NCBI GenBank assembly: GCA_038087875.1
Contig: CM075993.1
Location: 11,286,001 to 11,350,000 of the forward strand
Direction: 5' to 3'
Source of the DNA: Malacoraja senta
Taxonomy: Eukaryota
DNA: 64,000 nucleotides
The notes beneath the pieces are model-generated. The model was not told the origin of the DNA. It did no database searches and was given only the letters and a program-made list of their open reading frames with translations. Numbering within the stretch: position 1 is the stretch's first letter; every line of letters begins with the position of its first letter. A program made the translations under genes and the position numbers. Below are positions 12,585-24,313 of this stretch, piece by piece.

Positions 12585-13430
12585 GACACAGTGGCGCAGC
12601 GGGAGAGTTACTGCCTAACAGTGCCAGAGACCCGGGTTCGATCCTGATCACGGGCGCTGTCTGTGCGGGCTTTCTCTAGGATCCCCGGTTTCCTCCCACA
12701 CTCCAAAGACGTACAGGTTTGTAGGTTGATTGGCTTGGCATCATTGTAAATTGTCCCTAATGTGCGTGTAGGATAGTGTTAATGTGTGGGGATCGCTGGT
12801 CGGTGCGGACTCAGTGGGCCGAAGGTCGTGTTTCCGGGCTGTATCTCTAAACTAAACCCAGCCATTACACATCCGGGCTGCAGAAGCTGGTCCTTCCAGC
12901 TGTTATGCGTTTGGAACTAAAGCAGTTTTGGGCCCCATATCTGAGGAAGGATGCGCTGGCATTTGGAGAGGGTCCAGAGGAAGTTTACCAGAATTATCCC
13001 AGGAATTATTGGGTTAACATGTGATGAGCATTTGACAGCACTGGGCCTGTACTCACTGGGGTTTAGAAGGGGGGGGGGGGGGGGGGGACACCTCATTGAA
13101 ACTTACCGAATAGTGAAAGGCTTAGATAGAGTGGATGTGGAGAGGATGTTTCAACTAGTGGGAGAGTCTAGGACCAGAGGTCATAGCTTCAGAATTAAAG
13201 GACGTAGTTTTAGAAATGAGACTAATTTCTTTAGTCAGAGGGTGGTGAATCTGTGGAATTCATTGCCACAGAGGCCAAGTCAATGGATATTTTTAAGGAG
13301 ATTGATAGAGATTTTTGATTAGTACGGGTGTCAGGGTTATAGGCAGGAGAAAGGTTGAGAGGGAAAGATAGATCAGCCATGATTGAATGTTGGAGTAGAC
13401 TTGATGGGCCGAATGGCCTAATTCTGCTCC
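12585..13430 (+). mobile_element. HE1 SINE (12585-12857) and CR1 3' fragment (~12920-13430)
   Basis: SINE consensus; ORF 12951-13322 LERVQRKFTRIIPG...LIETYRIVKGLDRVDVERMF. Confidence 0.85.
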
Positions 13431-13637
13431 AATTGGCTTGGCAATTAATTTTACATTAATTTTCTACAGGAGCTGCCTGAGCTTGTAGTTGGTCCAGGAG
13501 TAATTACTGGCAGGTCTTCTTGTTCCAACGATTAAACGGGAAGAGGAAAGCTTTGTGTCATTGTCTTGCAGCTGTGTGGGAGGATGTGGTCTGGGATTTG
13601 ACTCTGTGGAAACTCTTATCTGCCGTTGTGTTTGCAG

Positions 13638-14174
13638 GTGGGTGTGGCTAAAGCAAAGAGAGACATTCACGGCCCAGGAGGGGCGGTTACCACGGAGACA
13701 AAGAGTCACCACTTCCCGCCAGCCCAGCCCAGCCAGAAGCAAGGCCCAGCCCAGCCCAGCCTGAAGCAAGGCCCAGTCCAGCCAAGCCAGAAGCAGGGCC
13801 CAGCCCAGCCCAGCCAGAAGCAAGGCCCAGCCCAGCCCAGCCAGAAGCAAGGCCCAGCCCAGCCCAGCCAGAAGCAGGGCCCAGCCCAGCCCAGCCAGAA
13901 GCAAGGCCCAGCCCAGCCCAGCCAGAAGCAAGGCCCAGCCCAGCCCAGCCAGAAGCAGGGCCCAACCCAGCCCAGCCAGAAGCAAGGCCCAGCCCAGCCC
14001 AGCCAGAAGCAGGGCCCAGCCCAGCCCAGCCAGAAGCAGGGCCCAGCCCAACCCAGCCAGAAGCAGGGCCCAGCGCCAAAAAAAAAGAGGAAGAGAAGGA
14101 ACGCACAGAATCGGGTGAAGAGGAGAAGGGCAATGCAGAAAACACAGAAAGCTCAAGGCAAAGCCGGCCAGTGA
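13638..14174 (+). CDS. ICE2: ICE2 terminal coding exon with a 13x 9-aa repeat and basic NLS-like tail
   Basis: TTTGCAG acceptor, phase 0, compatible with the previous exon. VGVAKAKRDIHGPGGAVTTETKSHHFPPAQ aligns with recalled human IGGTRMPTRSHRNPVSMETKSSCLPAQ. Frame is open to TGA at 14172-14174. Confidence 0.85.
   Translation: MGVAKAKRDIHGPGGAVTTETKSHHFPPAQPSQKQGPAQPSLKQGPVQPSQKQGPAQPSQKQGPAQPSQKQGPAQPSQKQGPAQPSQKQGPAQPSQKQGPAQPSQKQGPTQPSQKQGPAQPSQKQGPAQPSQKQGPAQPSQKQGPAPKKKRKRRNAQNRVKRRRAMQKTQKAQGKAGQ
13719..14069 (+). repeat. 27-bp coding minisatellite, 13 copies (PAQPSQKQG)
   Basis: Unit CCAGCCCAGCCCAGCCAGAAGCA(A/G)GGC; 117 aa = 13 x 9 in ORF 13626-14174. Confidence 0.97.
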
Positions 14175-14185
14175 TTGTGGGGCAT

Positions 14186-14855
14186 CTGAGGAGGCCCTCG
14201 ACCCGAAACGTCACCTATACATGTTCTCCACAGATGCTGCCTGACCCACTGAGTTACTCCAGCACTCTGTGAAACGTCACCTATCCATGTTCTCCAGAGA
14301 TGCTGCCTGACCCGCTGAGTTACTCCAGCACTCTGTGTCTCTAATGTGATCGCTCAGGAGTCAGCCCTTCCTGGTTGAAACACTCACACAACACAAGCCA
14401 AGCCAAGCCAAGCCAAGCTGGGCCCTCTCCTGGACTGAATGTGATCTAACACACCACACATTCCAGCAGTGGGTCCTCCTTGCCCGGTGAAAACATGAGA
14501 ATGACTTGTGCCAACATGCAGTGGCAGCACTTGTATCGCAACCCTTGTGGAGGGAGCGGACAGACTGAATGAAGGCTGCAGATAGACACAAAAAGCTGGA
14601 GTAACTCAGCGAGACCAGCAGCATCTCTGGAGAGAAGGGATGGGTGACGTTACGGGTCGAGACCCTTCTTCAGACCAGAAACGTCGCCCAATCCTTCTCT
14701 CTGTCCCGCCCACTCCCCTGACATCAGTCTGAAGAAGGGTCTCGACCCGAAAGGTCGCCCATTCCTTCTCTCCAGAGATGCTGCCTCACCCGCTGAGTTA
14801 CTCCAGCATTTGTGTCTACCTTCAATTTAAACCAGCATCTGCAGTTCCTTCCTAC
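14186..14855. repeat. Hammerhead-bearing Penelope-derived repeats in the putative ICE2 3' UTR (tandem plus 14186-14340, minus ~14578-14675, plus ~14729-14855)
   Basis: CTGAGGAGG...CCGAAACGTC at 14186, a second GAAACGTC at 14271, a reverse-complement copy ending CCCTTCTTCAG, and CTGAAGAAGGGTCTCGACCCGAAAGGTC at 14729. Confidence 0.8.
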
Positions 14856-14960
14856 TCAAATACCAGCACGTCCCACTTGGCTGGGGTTGGAACCACATTC
14901 CTCACTCAAGTGCACATTATATAAGGGAGGGGTAAAGACTGTGTTTTCACTGGACAGTGG

Positions 14961-14966
14961 AATAAA
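14961..14966 (+). terminator. Candidate ICE2 polyadenylation signal
   Basis: First AATAAA I see after the ICE2 stop codon, with GT-rich sequence ~25 nt downstream. Confidence 0.45.
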
Positions 14967-15380
14967 GGACACAGAAGAGTTTCACTGGATGTGTGTGACT
15001 GACCCGGGCTTTTTCTCACCTGTGCTGAGTTTCAAACATTATTTTAAATTTAGTTTAGTTTTGAGATACGGCGCGGAAACAGGCCCTTCGTCCCATCGGG
15101 AACATACCAAACAGCGATCCCCACACACTAACACTGTCCTACACACACCAGGGACAATTTACAATTATGCCAAGCCAATTAGCCGACAAACCTGCATGAC
15201 GGAGAAAACCCACGCTGTCACGGGGAGAAAGTACAAGCTCCGTACAGACCGCACCCGTGGTCAGGATCGAACCCGGATCACTGGCGCTGCGTCACTACCG
15301 CTGTGCCATCGTACCGCCTTCTGTCATTACTCATGTGTCCTAACTTTCTGCCTTCATTTCGATCATCATAACTGTGGCCC

Positions 15381-15840
15381 AGGTGCAGCAGGCAGTGAAG
15401 TGAGCCTGCAGGTACAGCAGGCAGTGAAGTGAGCCTGCAGGTACAGCAGGCAGTGAAGTGAGCCTGCAGGTACAGCAGGCAGTGAAGAAAGCTAATGACA
15501 TGTTGGCCTTCATTGCGAGAGGATTTGAGTATGGGAACAAGGTTCCTACTGCAGTTGTACAGGCCCCTGGTGAGACCACACCTGGAGTATTGTGTGCAAT
15601 ATTGATCTCCTAATTTGAGGAAGGACATTCTTGCTATTGAGGGAGTGCAGCGTAGGTTCACCAGGTTAATTTGCAGATGGCGGGACTGACGTATGAAAGA
15701 ATGGGTCGACTGTATTCACTGGAATTTCGAAGGGTGAGAGAGAATCTTATAGAAACAGATACAATTCTTAAAGGATTGGACAGGCTACATGCAGGAAAAA
15801 TGTTCCCGATGTCGGGGGAGTCGAGAACCAGGGGTCATGG
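15381..15840 (+). mobile_element. 5'-truncated CR1 fragment with a 29-bp tandem triplication at its 5' end
   Basis: SLQVQQAVKKAN.ML.FI.RG.EY...[11 protein letters not shown]; unit TGAGCCTGCAGGTACAGCAGGCAGTGAAG x3.5. Confidence 0.85.
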
Positions 15841-18838
15841 TTTTGTAAGGTTGCCTCCACGCCGGGGTGGCCCCTGTGGATGGGGTCGAAGTACTTGTCC
15901 CGGAGGACGGCTGGGACAACTGCCTTGTGGCCCTTGACTATAATCCCGTCCTGTAACAACAGTTCGTCGTGAACCAGGAAGTATGGGCGGATCGCGAGGG
16001 GGGTGCTGTGTTGTTTATGATTGCGGACAGCAATTGTAAAGTCTCGTCAGTAGCCGTGTGCTCTGCCAGGCTGCTTAGGCAATCAGCAGGAACATACGAT
16101 ACCTTCATTACTGAGAACTGGTCCTGTTCAGAGAGTTGTTTGCTGGTTTTGCGTGGGGCCCTTGATAGCGTGTCAGCTATGTGCATGTCCTTGCCATTTT
16201 TATAGACAATGTTGAAATCAAACCGCTGCAGCTGCATCATCATCATCCGTTGCAGGCGAGCCGGAGCAGCGTGAATGGGTTTATTCAAGATGGTGACCAG
16301 CGGCTGGTGGTCTGTTTCTATAATCGCAGACTTCCCAAAAATAAAGTCTTTGAATTTCGTGCAGGCGATAACCACTGCAAGCAATTCTTTTTCAATCTGG
16401 GTGTAACATTGTTCAGTATCGGTCAGTGTGCGAGAGGCATTTGGAACAGGCTTGCAGTCGCCATCGGCAGCGATCAGGCAAGCTGCACCAAGTCCGTACT
16501 GGGACGCATCACATGTGAGCATTAGGTAACTCCAAAGCGAAATAGGCGAGGGTAGGTGCGCTGGCCAGCTGCAACTTAAGGATATCAAAAGCTGTTTGAT
16601 GCTGCGGATACCAGGACCATGCAGTGCCTTTGTGTATCAGTTCCCGCAGGGGGGGGCAGATATATTGCTGAGGTTGGGAATAAATTTCCCCAGGTAGTTG
16701 ACCGTTCCAAGGAAACTGTAGCATCGTGACGTCAGTAGGAGCCGGTATTTCGTTGATAGCAGCAGTCTTCGATGGGTCTGGTCTGAAACCATCACTTGTG
16801 AAAACGTGTCCGACGTAGGTAACTTCCGGGACCCAAAACTTGCACTTCAGGGGATTGAGTTTGAGCTGAATGTCTTTGGCACGGTCCAACACTTTCTTCA
16901 GATTGGCGTCATGCTCAGCCAAGTCACGCTGGTAGACGAGAATGTCATCAACAATGATGGTGCATGGATACCCCGCAAACAGTTCCATCGTGCGCTGGAA
17001 AACCTCGCTGGCAGAGTTGATGCCAAAGGGCATTCTCAGGAATTTGTGACGGCCGAAGGGGGTGCCGAACGTAGTAAGGTTGGACGAGTCTGGGTCCAGC
17101 TGAATCTGCCAAAACGAACTTTTGGCATCGGGAACGGAGAACACTGATGCGTTGCCTATTTGAGCAGCAACTTCCTCTACCGTTCGCATAGGGTAGTGCG
17201 GGCGTTTGATAGCAGTGTTGAGATCCTTGGGGTTTATGCAGATACAGATTTCCTCCTTGTTTTTCTTCGTTGCAGCCACCATGGTGGAAAACCAGTCAGA
17301 TGGGTCAGTAACTTCATCTATAACACCCAGGGAGACCATCCGCTTGAGCTCATTGTGTACTCTGTCTCGCATGGCATGCAGAACACGATGTGGTGCTCGA
17401 ACCACAGGAGTGACTTTGAGATCAACGGCGATGTTGTACTTGCAGCTTGCCAAGCTCATCGTTAAATAGTTCTCTATATTGAGAGAGTATTCGCCAAGTG
17501 GGCCTCTCAGCGAGAAAGAGTTGATGGACAGTGCGGCCAAAGTAGACTAGGCCTAGATCGTGGCATATATTGATACCAAGCAGAGTTTCAGAATCCCCCT
17601 TGATGATATAAAACTTTAGGGTATGAGTGCGAGTCTATGATGTAGTTTAAATCAGTTTGTCCAAGCGGGTGTAGAACATCACCCCCGTAGGCCCGAAGCG
17701 TGGCCGAGGCCTTTTCAACATGTTCAGCATCACGTTTTTTTTAAAACTCATAACGAGATGACATTGCATTTTGCTCCGGTATCAATCTTTGAGATCACAG
17801 GCTTGTTATTCACAAACATGGTTACCTCAGGGTCAAGTTGCTCGTTAGAGGAAGGGAGGAGAGAGTGGATGGCTGAACTGTTATCTTCACTTTCAGAGAG
17901 CTGAGCGGAGGATGGCACCTCAAGCTCTCGGCTTTCATTATCAGCAAACTCATGTTGTAACAGGTGCAAACTCGGCCTTGGGATGGATTGAGTCGCACGG
18001 GAACGGCAACATTTTGCAAAGTGCTGAATTTCTTGCAGAAATTGCAAATTTTACCATAAGCAATACAGAACTCCCGACCCGGAACATGAGAACAGTTACA
18101 GTTAGGACATCGAGCAGCAGACCTTCTATGCTGCCTTGGCGAGGAAGGCTGCGGACGCCTTTTACAACAGGAGTGTCTGTAAGGTTGACACTATACTGGG
18201 AGCGCTGGGCAGAGATCACAGACTTAGTGTATGACGCCGTTATCTCAGCAATCCGACAGGCGTGTCTGGCTTGATTAAGTCAGTTTAGTGTTACGAAGTA
18301 ATTCGTCTCTCACCTTGTCATCAAGCATACCTCCAACGAGTTTGTCGCGGATCAGTTCATCGCATAAATCTCGAAAATGACAGCGTGCAGCCATGCATTT
18401 CAAGTCGTTAATAAAACACTCTATTGGCTCGCCAACTTGTTGCATACGAGCAAAAAACGTTGTACGTTCGATAATTGGCTTCGAGGGGAGGTCACACACC
18501 TGTCTGAACTTTGCAAGTAGGACAGCAGGGTCATCAATCGTTTCTGCAGGTACTTGGATGTGTCGTTTGCGTCTAAAATAGCAGGCTCAAAAGTAAAACG
18601 GTCCGCACATTTCATTGCCTCATGACAGCCAGGTTTAGTAGCACGTACATCTGGAGGATCGTTGCGATGAACGATGCAAATGTAGTCGCGCTCAAAAAGG
18701 CGCCAGCGTTCGGCAATGTCGGAATCAAAGATCAGAGGACTACGACGGCGAGACGAGTTTGCCATGATAGAGATAACAGGCACATAAAACAAATGTAAAG
18801 AAAACAAAATCTGATAATCATGAACGGAGCAGGTAAGA

Positions 18839-18855
18839 CTCACTTCTTGACACCA
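18839..18855 (-). promoter_or_regulatory. Gypsy primer-binding site (tRNA-Leu-like)
   Basis: Minus-strand TGGTGTCAAGAAGTGAG immediately after the LTR end ...TTACA. Confidence 0.7.
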
Positions 18856-19092
18856 TGTAATGAGTGGAGTCGTACACACATCAAAATACGACACTTATTT
18901 ATTAAAGTCCACTTACAGCATTGGTCTGCAGGCCGTTACAGTACCTAACAGCTACACACACTGAATTATGTAAACAAGCTCTTGGTAATATAAATCGCAT
19001 ATTAGGCAGAGCTACTACTAACAAGCACTACAATTGGTTAGTAGGAAATAACCAATCTACACTGAACAAGATGGCTTAAGTAAGCTCGTACA
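18856..19092 (-). repeat. Gypsy 5' LTR (~237 bp)
   Basis: TGTA...TACA termini, internal minus-strand AATAAA near 18900, abuts the PBS. The far boundary is inferred because no second LTR is present. Confidence 0.6.
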
Positions 19093-19351
19093 ATTTGCCT
19101 GTGTTTGCCTACATTTGCCCCAAGAATGGATCGACCGGGCTTATATTATTAGAAGTATGAGAGGGAATCTTATAGAAACATAAAAAAATTCTTAAGGGAT
19201 TGGACAGGCTAGATGCAGGAAAAATGTTCCCAATGTTGGGGGAGTGCAGAGCCAGGGATCATAGTTTAAGAATAAGGAGTAGTCCTTAGGCAGTGGAGGC
19301 CAATTCACTGGATATTTACAAGAGAGAGTTAGATTTAGCTCTTAGAGCTAA

Positions 19352-19681
19352 TAGCCCTGTCCCACGGTACGAGTTCATTCCAAGAGTTCTCCCGAGTTTG
19401 CCCTGATTCGAACTCGGAGATTTACGGTAATGGCCGCTCGTCGGTACTCGAGGCTCTCGTGGACATTTTTCAAAATGTTGAAAAATCTTCAAGAGTCTTC
19501 CTGAGCTTACCCGCCGTTAGCGAGTCTTCCCGAGTACCTGCCGTTAGCGTTACGAGCCGCTAAGAGACGTCCACGAGCTCCGACGTACCCGCTATGTTCA
19601 TTCTCCGTGCTTACCACGAGTTTGATTATTTTTTAACTCAGGAGAGCTCTTGGAATGAACTCGTACCGTGGGACAGGGCTA
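19352..19681 (+). mobile_element. PIF/Harbinger MITE family A, copy 2, inserted in a CR1 fragment (~19125-19815)
   Basis: TAA|TAGCCCTGTCCCACGGTACG...CGTACCGTGGGACAGGGCTA|TAA, a perfect 3-bp TAA TSD. Confidence 0.92.
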
Positions 19682-20303
19682 TAAGGAATCAAAGGATATG
19701 GGAAGAAAGCAGGAACGGGGTGCTGATTCTGGATGATCAGCCGTGATCATATTGAATGGCGGTGTTAGCTCGGAGGACCGAATGGCCTACTCCTGCCCCT
19801 ATTTTCTATGTTTCTATAAACCTTTCCTACACATGAACCAGTCCAAATGTCTTTTAAATGCTGTTACAGTACCTGTCTTAACTACCTCCCCCCAGCAGCT
19901 TGTTCCATATACTCACTGCCATCTGAGTGAAAGATTTGTCCATGATAAACTGGGAAGCACTGTAGAGTTGCTGCCTTACAGCTCCAGAGACCCGGGTTCG
20001 ATCTTGACTACGGGTGCCGACTAAGTTCTCCCCGTGACCTGCATGGGTTTTCTCCGGGTGCTCCGGTTTCCTCTCACACTCCAAAGACGTACAGGTTTGC
20101 AAGCAAATTGGCTTTGATAAAATTGTAAATTGTCCCTAGTGTGTGCGGGAATCGCTGGTCAGCACGGGCTCGGTGGGCTGAAGGGCCTATTTCCACTCTG
20201 TATCTCTGACTAAACTGCACAAATGTACGTAAAACCACCAGAAAAAGATAGGTTTACGAAGGAACTGCGGATACTAGAAAAATCGAAGGTAGATAAAAAT
20301 GCT

Positions 20304-20427
20304 GGAGAAACTCAGCGGGTGAGGCAGCATCTATGGAGCGAAGGAATAGGTGACGTTTCGGGTCTCGACCCGAAACGTCACCTATTCCTTCGCTCCATAG
20401 ATGCTGCCTCACCCACTGAGTTTCTCC
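20304..20427. repeat. Near-perfect 124-nt palindrome made of two inverted hammerhead-repeat halves
   Basis: 61-nt arms centred on GGGTC-TC-GACCC, with one mismatch. Confidence 0.92.
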
Positions 20428-21906
20428 TGAAAAAGATAGGTGGTGTGTAGGAAGAAATTGAATGCTGCACTGAGCTTCAGGAAGCTGAGGAGAGGAGTTG
20501 ACTGAAGGAACAATCCTAGTTGCACCCGCTGCTGGGTTCTGTAGGGAAAATAACATCAGTTTCACCAAGTTAATCCAATCTTCAACAGTGAACTTGCAAA
20601 CCAATAGTTAGTTTTGTATTGGAATCAATGAATCTCTCACATCTCTGCCCAAACCTGCCCCTGCCATCTCTCCGTGAATTCCAAACACACACTGTGACAA
20701 TGAAGTTCTGCCCTGACTTGATGGCATTCTGTGGAAACACTAACAAGCTTCTTGGCGAATTGGAAAAGGCACAAAGAACCGAGGTTTAATTTAGTTCAGA
20801 GATACAGGCCCTTCGGCCCACCGAGTCTGCACCGACCATCGATCCCCGCACACTAACACCATCCTACACACACTAAGGACAATTTACATTTATACCAAGC
20901 CAATTAACCTGCAAACCTGTACGCCTTTGGCGTGTGGGAGGTAAACCAAAGATCTCGGAGAAAACCCACATTTTCACGGGAAGAACGTACAAACTCCGTA
21001 CAGACAGCACCCCTGTACACTAGCACTATCCTACACACAAGGGACAATTTACATTCTGTACCAAAGCGAATTAACCTGCAAACCTGTATCTCTTCAGAGT
21101 GGAGCGCAGAAGGTTAAGTGGGGACTTGATAGAGGTCTTTAAAATGATGAGCGGGTTAGACAGAGTTGACGTGGATAAGCTTTTCCCATTGAGAGTAGGG
21201 AAGATTCAAACAAGGGGACATGACTTGAGAATTAAGGGACAGAAGTTTAGGGGGAACTTCTTTACTCAGAGTGGTAGCTGTGTGGAATGAGCTTCCAGTG
21301 GAAGTGGTGGAGGCAGGTTCGATTTTATCCTTTAAAAATAGATTGGATGGGTATATGGACGGGAAAGGAATGGAGGGTTATGGTCTGAGTGCAGGTAGAT
21401 GGGACTAGGGGGAAGAAAGTAGGAAAAAAAAGTGTTCGGCACGGACTTGAAGGGCTGAGATGGCCTGTTTCCGTGCTGTAATGGTTATATGGTGAAGGGA
21501 GGAAACCTGAGCACCCAGGGAAAACCCAGGGGAGAACGTACAAACTCCGTACGGACAGCAGCCGAGGTCAGGATCGAAACCGGGTCTCTGGTGCTGTGAG
21601 GCAGCAACTCTACCACCGGGCCGCCCATTTATGGGGCATAGATCGGCTGTGGGAGCATTCACAACACAAAACCAACACTCAAGAGTATAAAGGGCAAGTT
21701 TAAACTGGAATAGGTGGTGTGCCACCCACTGTTTAGACTCGGCTGTGATGCCTGAACTGGGAACTCAATGTAACTGGGAACTATAATGAACTAAAAATAA
21801 TGGGAACGGCAGATGAACTGGAGAGGCTTCAGTGGGTGAGGTTGAAAGGGCGAGATGCAAAACCACTATCGTGCATCATGGTTTGGGTGGTTTGACAGGT
21901 TTGCAG

Positions 21907-22213
21907 GCTGGTGCAGCGGGTAGAGCTGCTGCCTCACAGCGCCAGTGACCCGGGTTCCATCCTGACTACGGGTGCTGTCTGTACGGAGTTTGTACGTTCT
22001 CCCCGTGACCACATGGGTTTTCTCCAAGATCTGCGGTTTCCTCCCACACTCCAAAGACGTACAGGTTTGTAGGTTAATTAGTTTGGTATAATTGTAAATT
22101 GTCCCTAGTGTGTGTAGGATAGTGTAAGTGAGCGGGGATCACTGGTCGGCGCGGACTCGGTGGGCCAAAGGGCCTATTTCTGCGCTGTGTCTCTAAACTG
22201 AACTAAACTAAAC
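21907..22213 (+). mobile_element. HE1 V-SINE, full length
   Basis: A/B boxes, V-domain and (TAAAC)n tail. Confidence 0.9.
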
Positions 22214-24313
22214 AGGTACTATCAGAACGTTGAAGAAACATTAAGACAGGTACATGGATAGGACTGATTAGAGGGATATGGGCCAAAATCTGGCAACTTG
22301 GACTAGTTTAGATGAGGCATGTTGGTCAGTGTGGGCAAGTTGGGTCGAAGGGCCTGTTTCCACACTGGATGACGATGACTTGGATGCAGTGAGGTAGGTT
22401 GTCCATGATAAACTGTGCAAATGTGGGTAAAATCATAGTGCAGTGAATTTAATGGCATTGAAATACAGAGAGACCTTGTGGTGTATGTCCACAGACCCAT
22501 GAGAGTGGCAACGTGAATAGGCAGTGAAGATGGCATTTGCCGTGCTTGCCTCCAAGGCTGAGGCATTGAATATAAGAGTTGGGATGTCATATCGCAACAC
22601 AACATTGGTTGGACTATGTAGAGTATTGAGTACAGGTCTGGTCTGCACACCACATGCAGGCACTAGAGAGAATGCAGAAGGGACAGATACAAAATGCTGG
22701 AGTAACTCAGCAGGACAGGCAGCATCTGTGGAGAGAAGGAATGGGTGACGTTTCAGGTCATGATCCTTCTTCAGTCTCGACCCGAAATGTCACCCAATTC
22801 CTTCTCTCTGGAGAGGCTGCCTGTTACTCCAGCGTTTTGCGGTTATCTTCAGTTTAAACCAGCATCTGCAGTTCCTTCCTCAACAGATTCACCAGGATGT
22901 TGGCTGGAATGTGGGGCTGCAGTTATAGAGAGGGATCTGTTAGGCTGGGTTTACCCTCAATGGAACGTAGAAGGCAGAGGGTGACACAATGGAGGTTTAG
23001 ACAATTATGAGGGACATAGACTGTTTTCCCAGGGTGGAGGAGTCACAGGTTTAAGGTGAGAGGAGATCAGGGGGGTAAGTCACGCAACATGTGGCAGTAG
23101 TGGAGGCAGATGTGATTACAATTGCAAAGTAAAAGATCTTAGGACGGGTGCATTGAATACGAAAAGCGTAGCATGATACAGGCCTATAGGGAATGAGAGG
23201 TTATGGGGAGAAGGCAGGAGAATGGGGTTAGGAGGGAGAGATAGATCAGCCATGATTGAATGGCGGAGTAGACTTGATGGGCCGAATGGTATAATTCTGC
23301 TCCTATCATTTATGACCTTATGACCTTAGTACAGGCGAATGGGATTAGTGTAGATAGACAAAATGCTGGAGTAACTCAGCGGAACAGGAGGCATCTCTGG
23401 AGAACGTGGATATGTGTAGTGTAGGGTGGTGAATCTGTGGAATTCTGTGTCACAAGGCTGTGGAGGCCAAGATAGTCGATATTTTTAAGGCAGAGATCGA
23501 TAGCTTCTTGATTTGTACGGGTGTCAGAGGTTATGGGGAGAAGGCAGGAGAATGGGGTTAGGAGGGAGAGCTAGATTGAATGGCGGGGTAAACTTGATGG
23601 GCCGAATGGACTAATTCTACTCCTATTCCTGATTACCTTAGACTGGTATCGCAGTGGGCATTGACCAGGTGGGCAGAAAGGGCCCGTGTCTGTGCAGTAC
23701 GATGCTATGATTGTAGGAGAGAGGACTTGAATCTGTGCAACATCTTGTTGCAAGTTGGGAAAGCCGAGTGAAGGTGGATCCTGCTCTTAACCAAAGTCCA
23801 AGCATGGGCTTAACATCACCAGAATGTTTCTGCACAGGACAGTAGGAGCAGGCGGGCAGGTGGGACTAGTGTAGCTGATGTGGGCAATTTTAACAGGAAC
23901 ATCCACCACAGTGATTCCTCCACATTCCTCATTGGTCAAAAAAGTTCAATCTCTCCCTTCTTTGTCCTCCAGCGGTCGGGGGGCCTCTAATCTTCCGTTG
24001 ACAGGACGATCTCACTCCCGTAGCCGGCGGCGGGCCTCCTCGTCAGGGCGATCAAACTCCTGCATCGGGTGGGGGGGAAATCTCAGCCCCCACCGCCGGG
24101 CGATCTGACCCCGGGTCAGGGCTAGTCGAATGTCGTGCGGCTTTTGGAGATCCTGACGTCGGTCTCAACCCGGGACTGCGAGCTCTCAATGGTAATAAAT
24201 AGACACTTTATTGTTACATGTACCATGAAGGTACAGTAAACACTTTGTTTTTGCAGACACAGTTCACTAGAGAGTCGCCACAAGGTGCTGACAAGGTTAC
24301 AAAAGTATCCTTA

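Larger units (their letters stand above)
15841..19092 (-). mobile_element. Gypsy/Ty3 LTR retrotransposon, frameshifted and truncated within integrase
   Basis: Domain order on minus: gag (ATG ~18765, IRDKLVGG, two CCHC-like knuckles at ~18000-18110), protease (KIDTGAKCNVI), RT (INPKDLN, FGTPFG, MPFG, IVDD), RNase H (DASQYGLGA, ETDHQPL, ADTLSR), then integrase start (IHRGHPGVEAT). Confidence 0.95.

Noticed and set aside
13719..14069. CRISPR-like regular repeats (also 41175-41492 and 15381-15487)
   Set aside because: Direct tandem units with no unique spacers, no cas genes, and a vertebrate context.
13464..14214. Minus-strand ORFs with repeated WALLLAGLG / GLASGWAGL resembling a membrane protein
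   Set aside because: Antisense shadows of the 27-bp ICE2 coding repeat.
16509..17540. 343-aa reverse transcriptase ORF as a domesticated gene or novel RT system
   Set aside because: Part of a frameshifted Gypsy pol with normal domain order, LTR and PBS.
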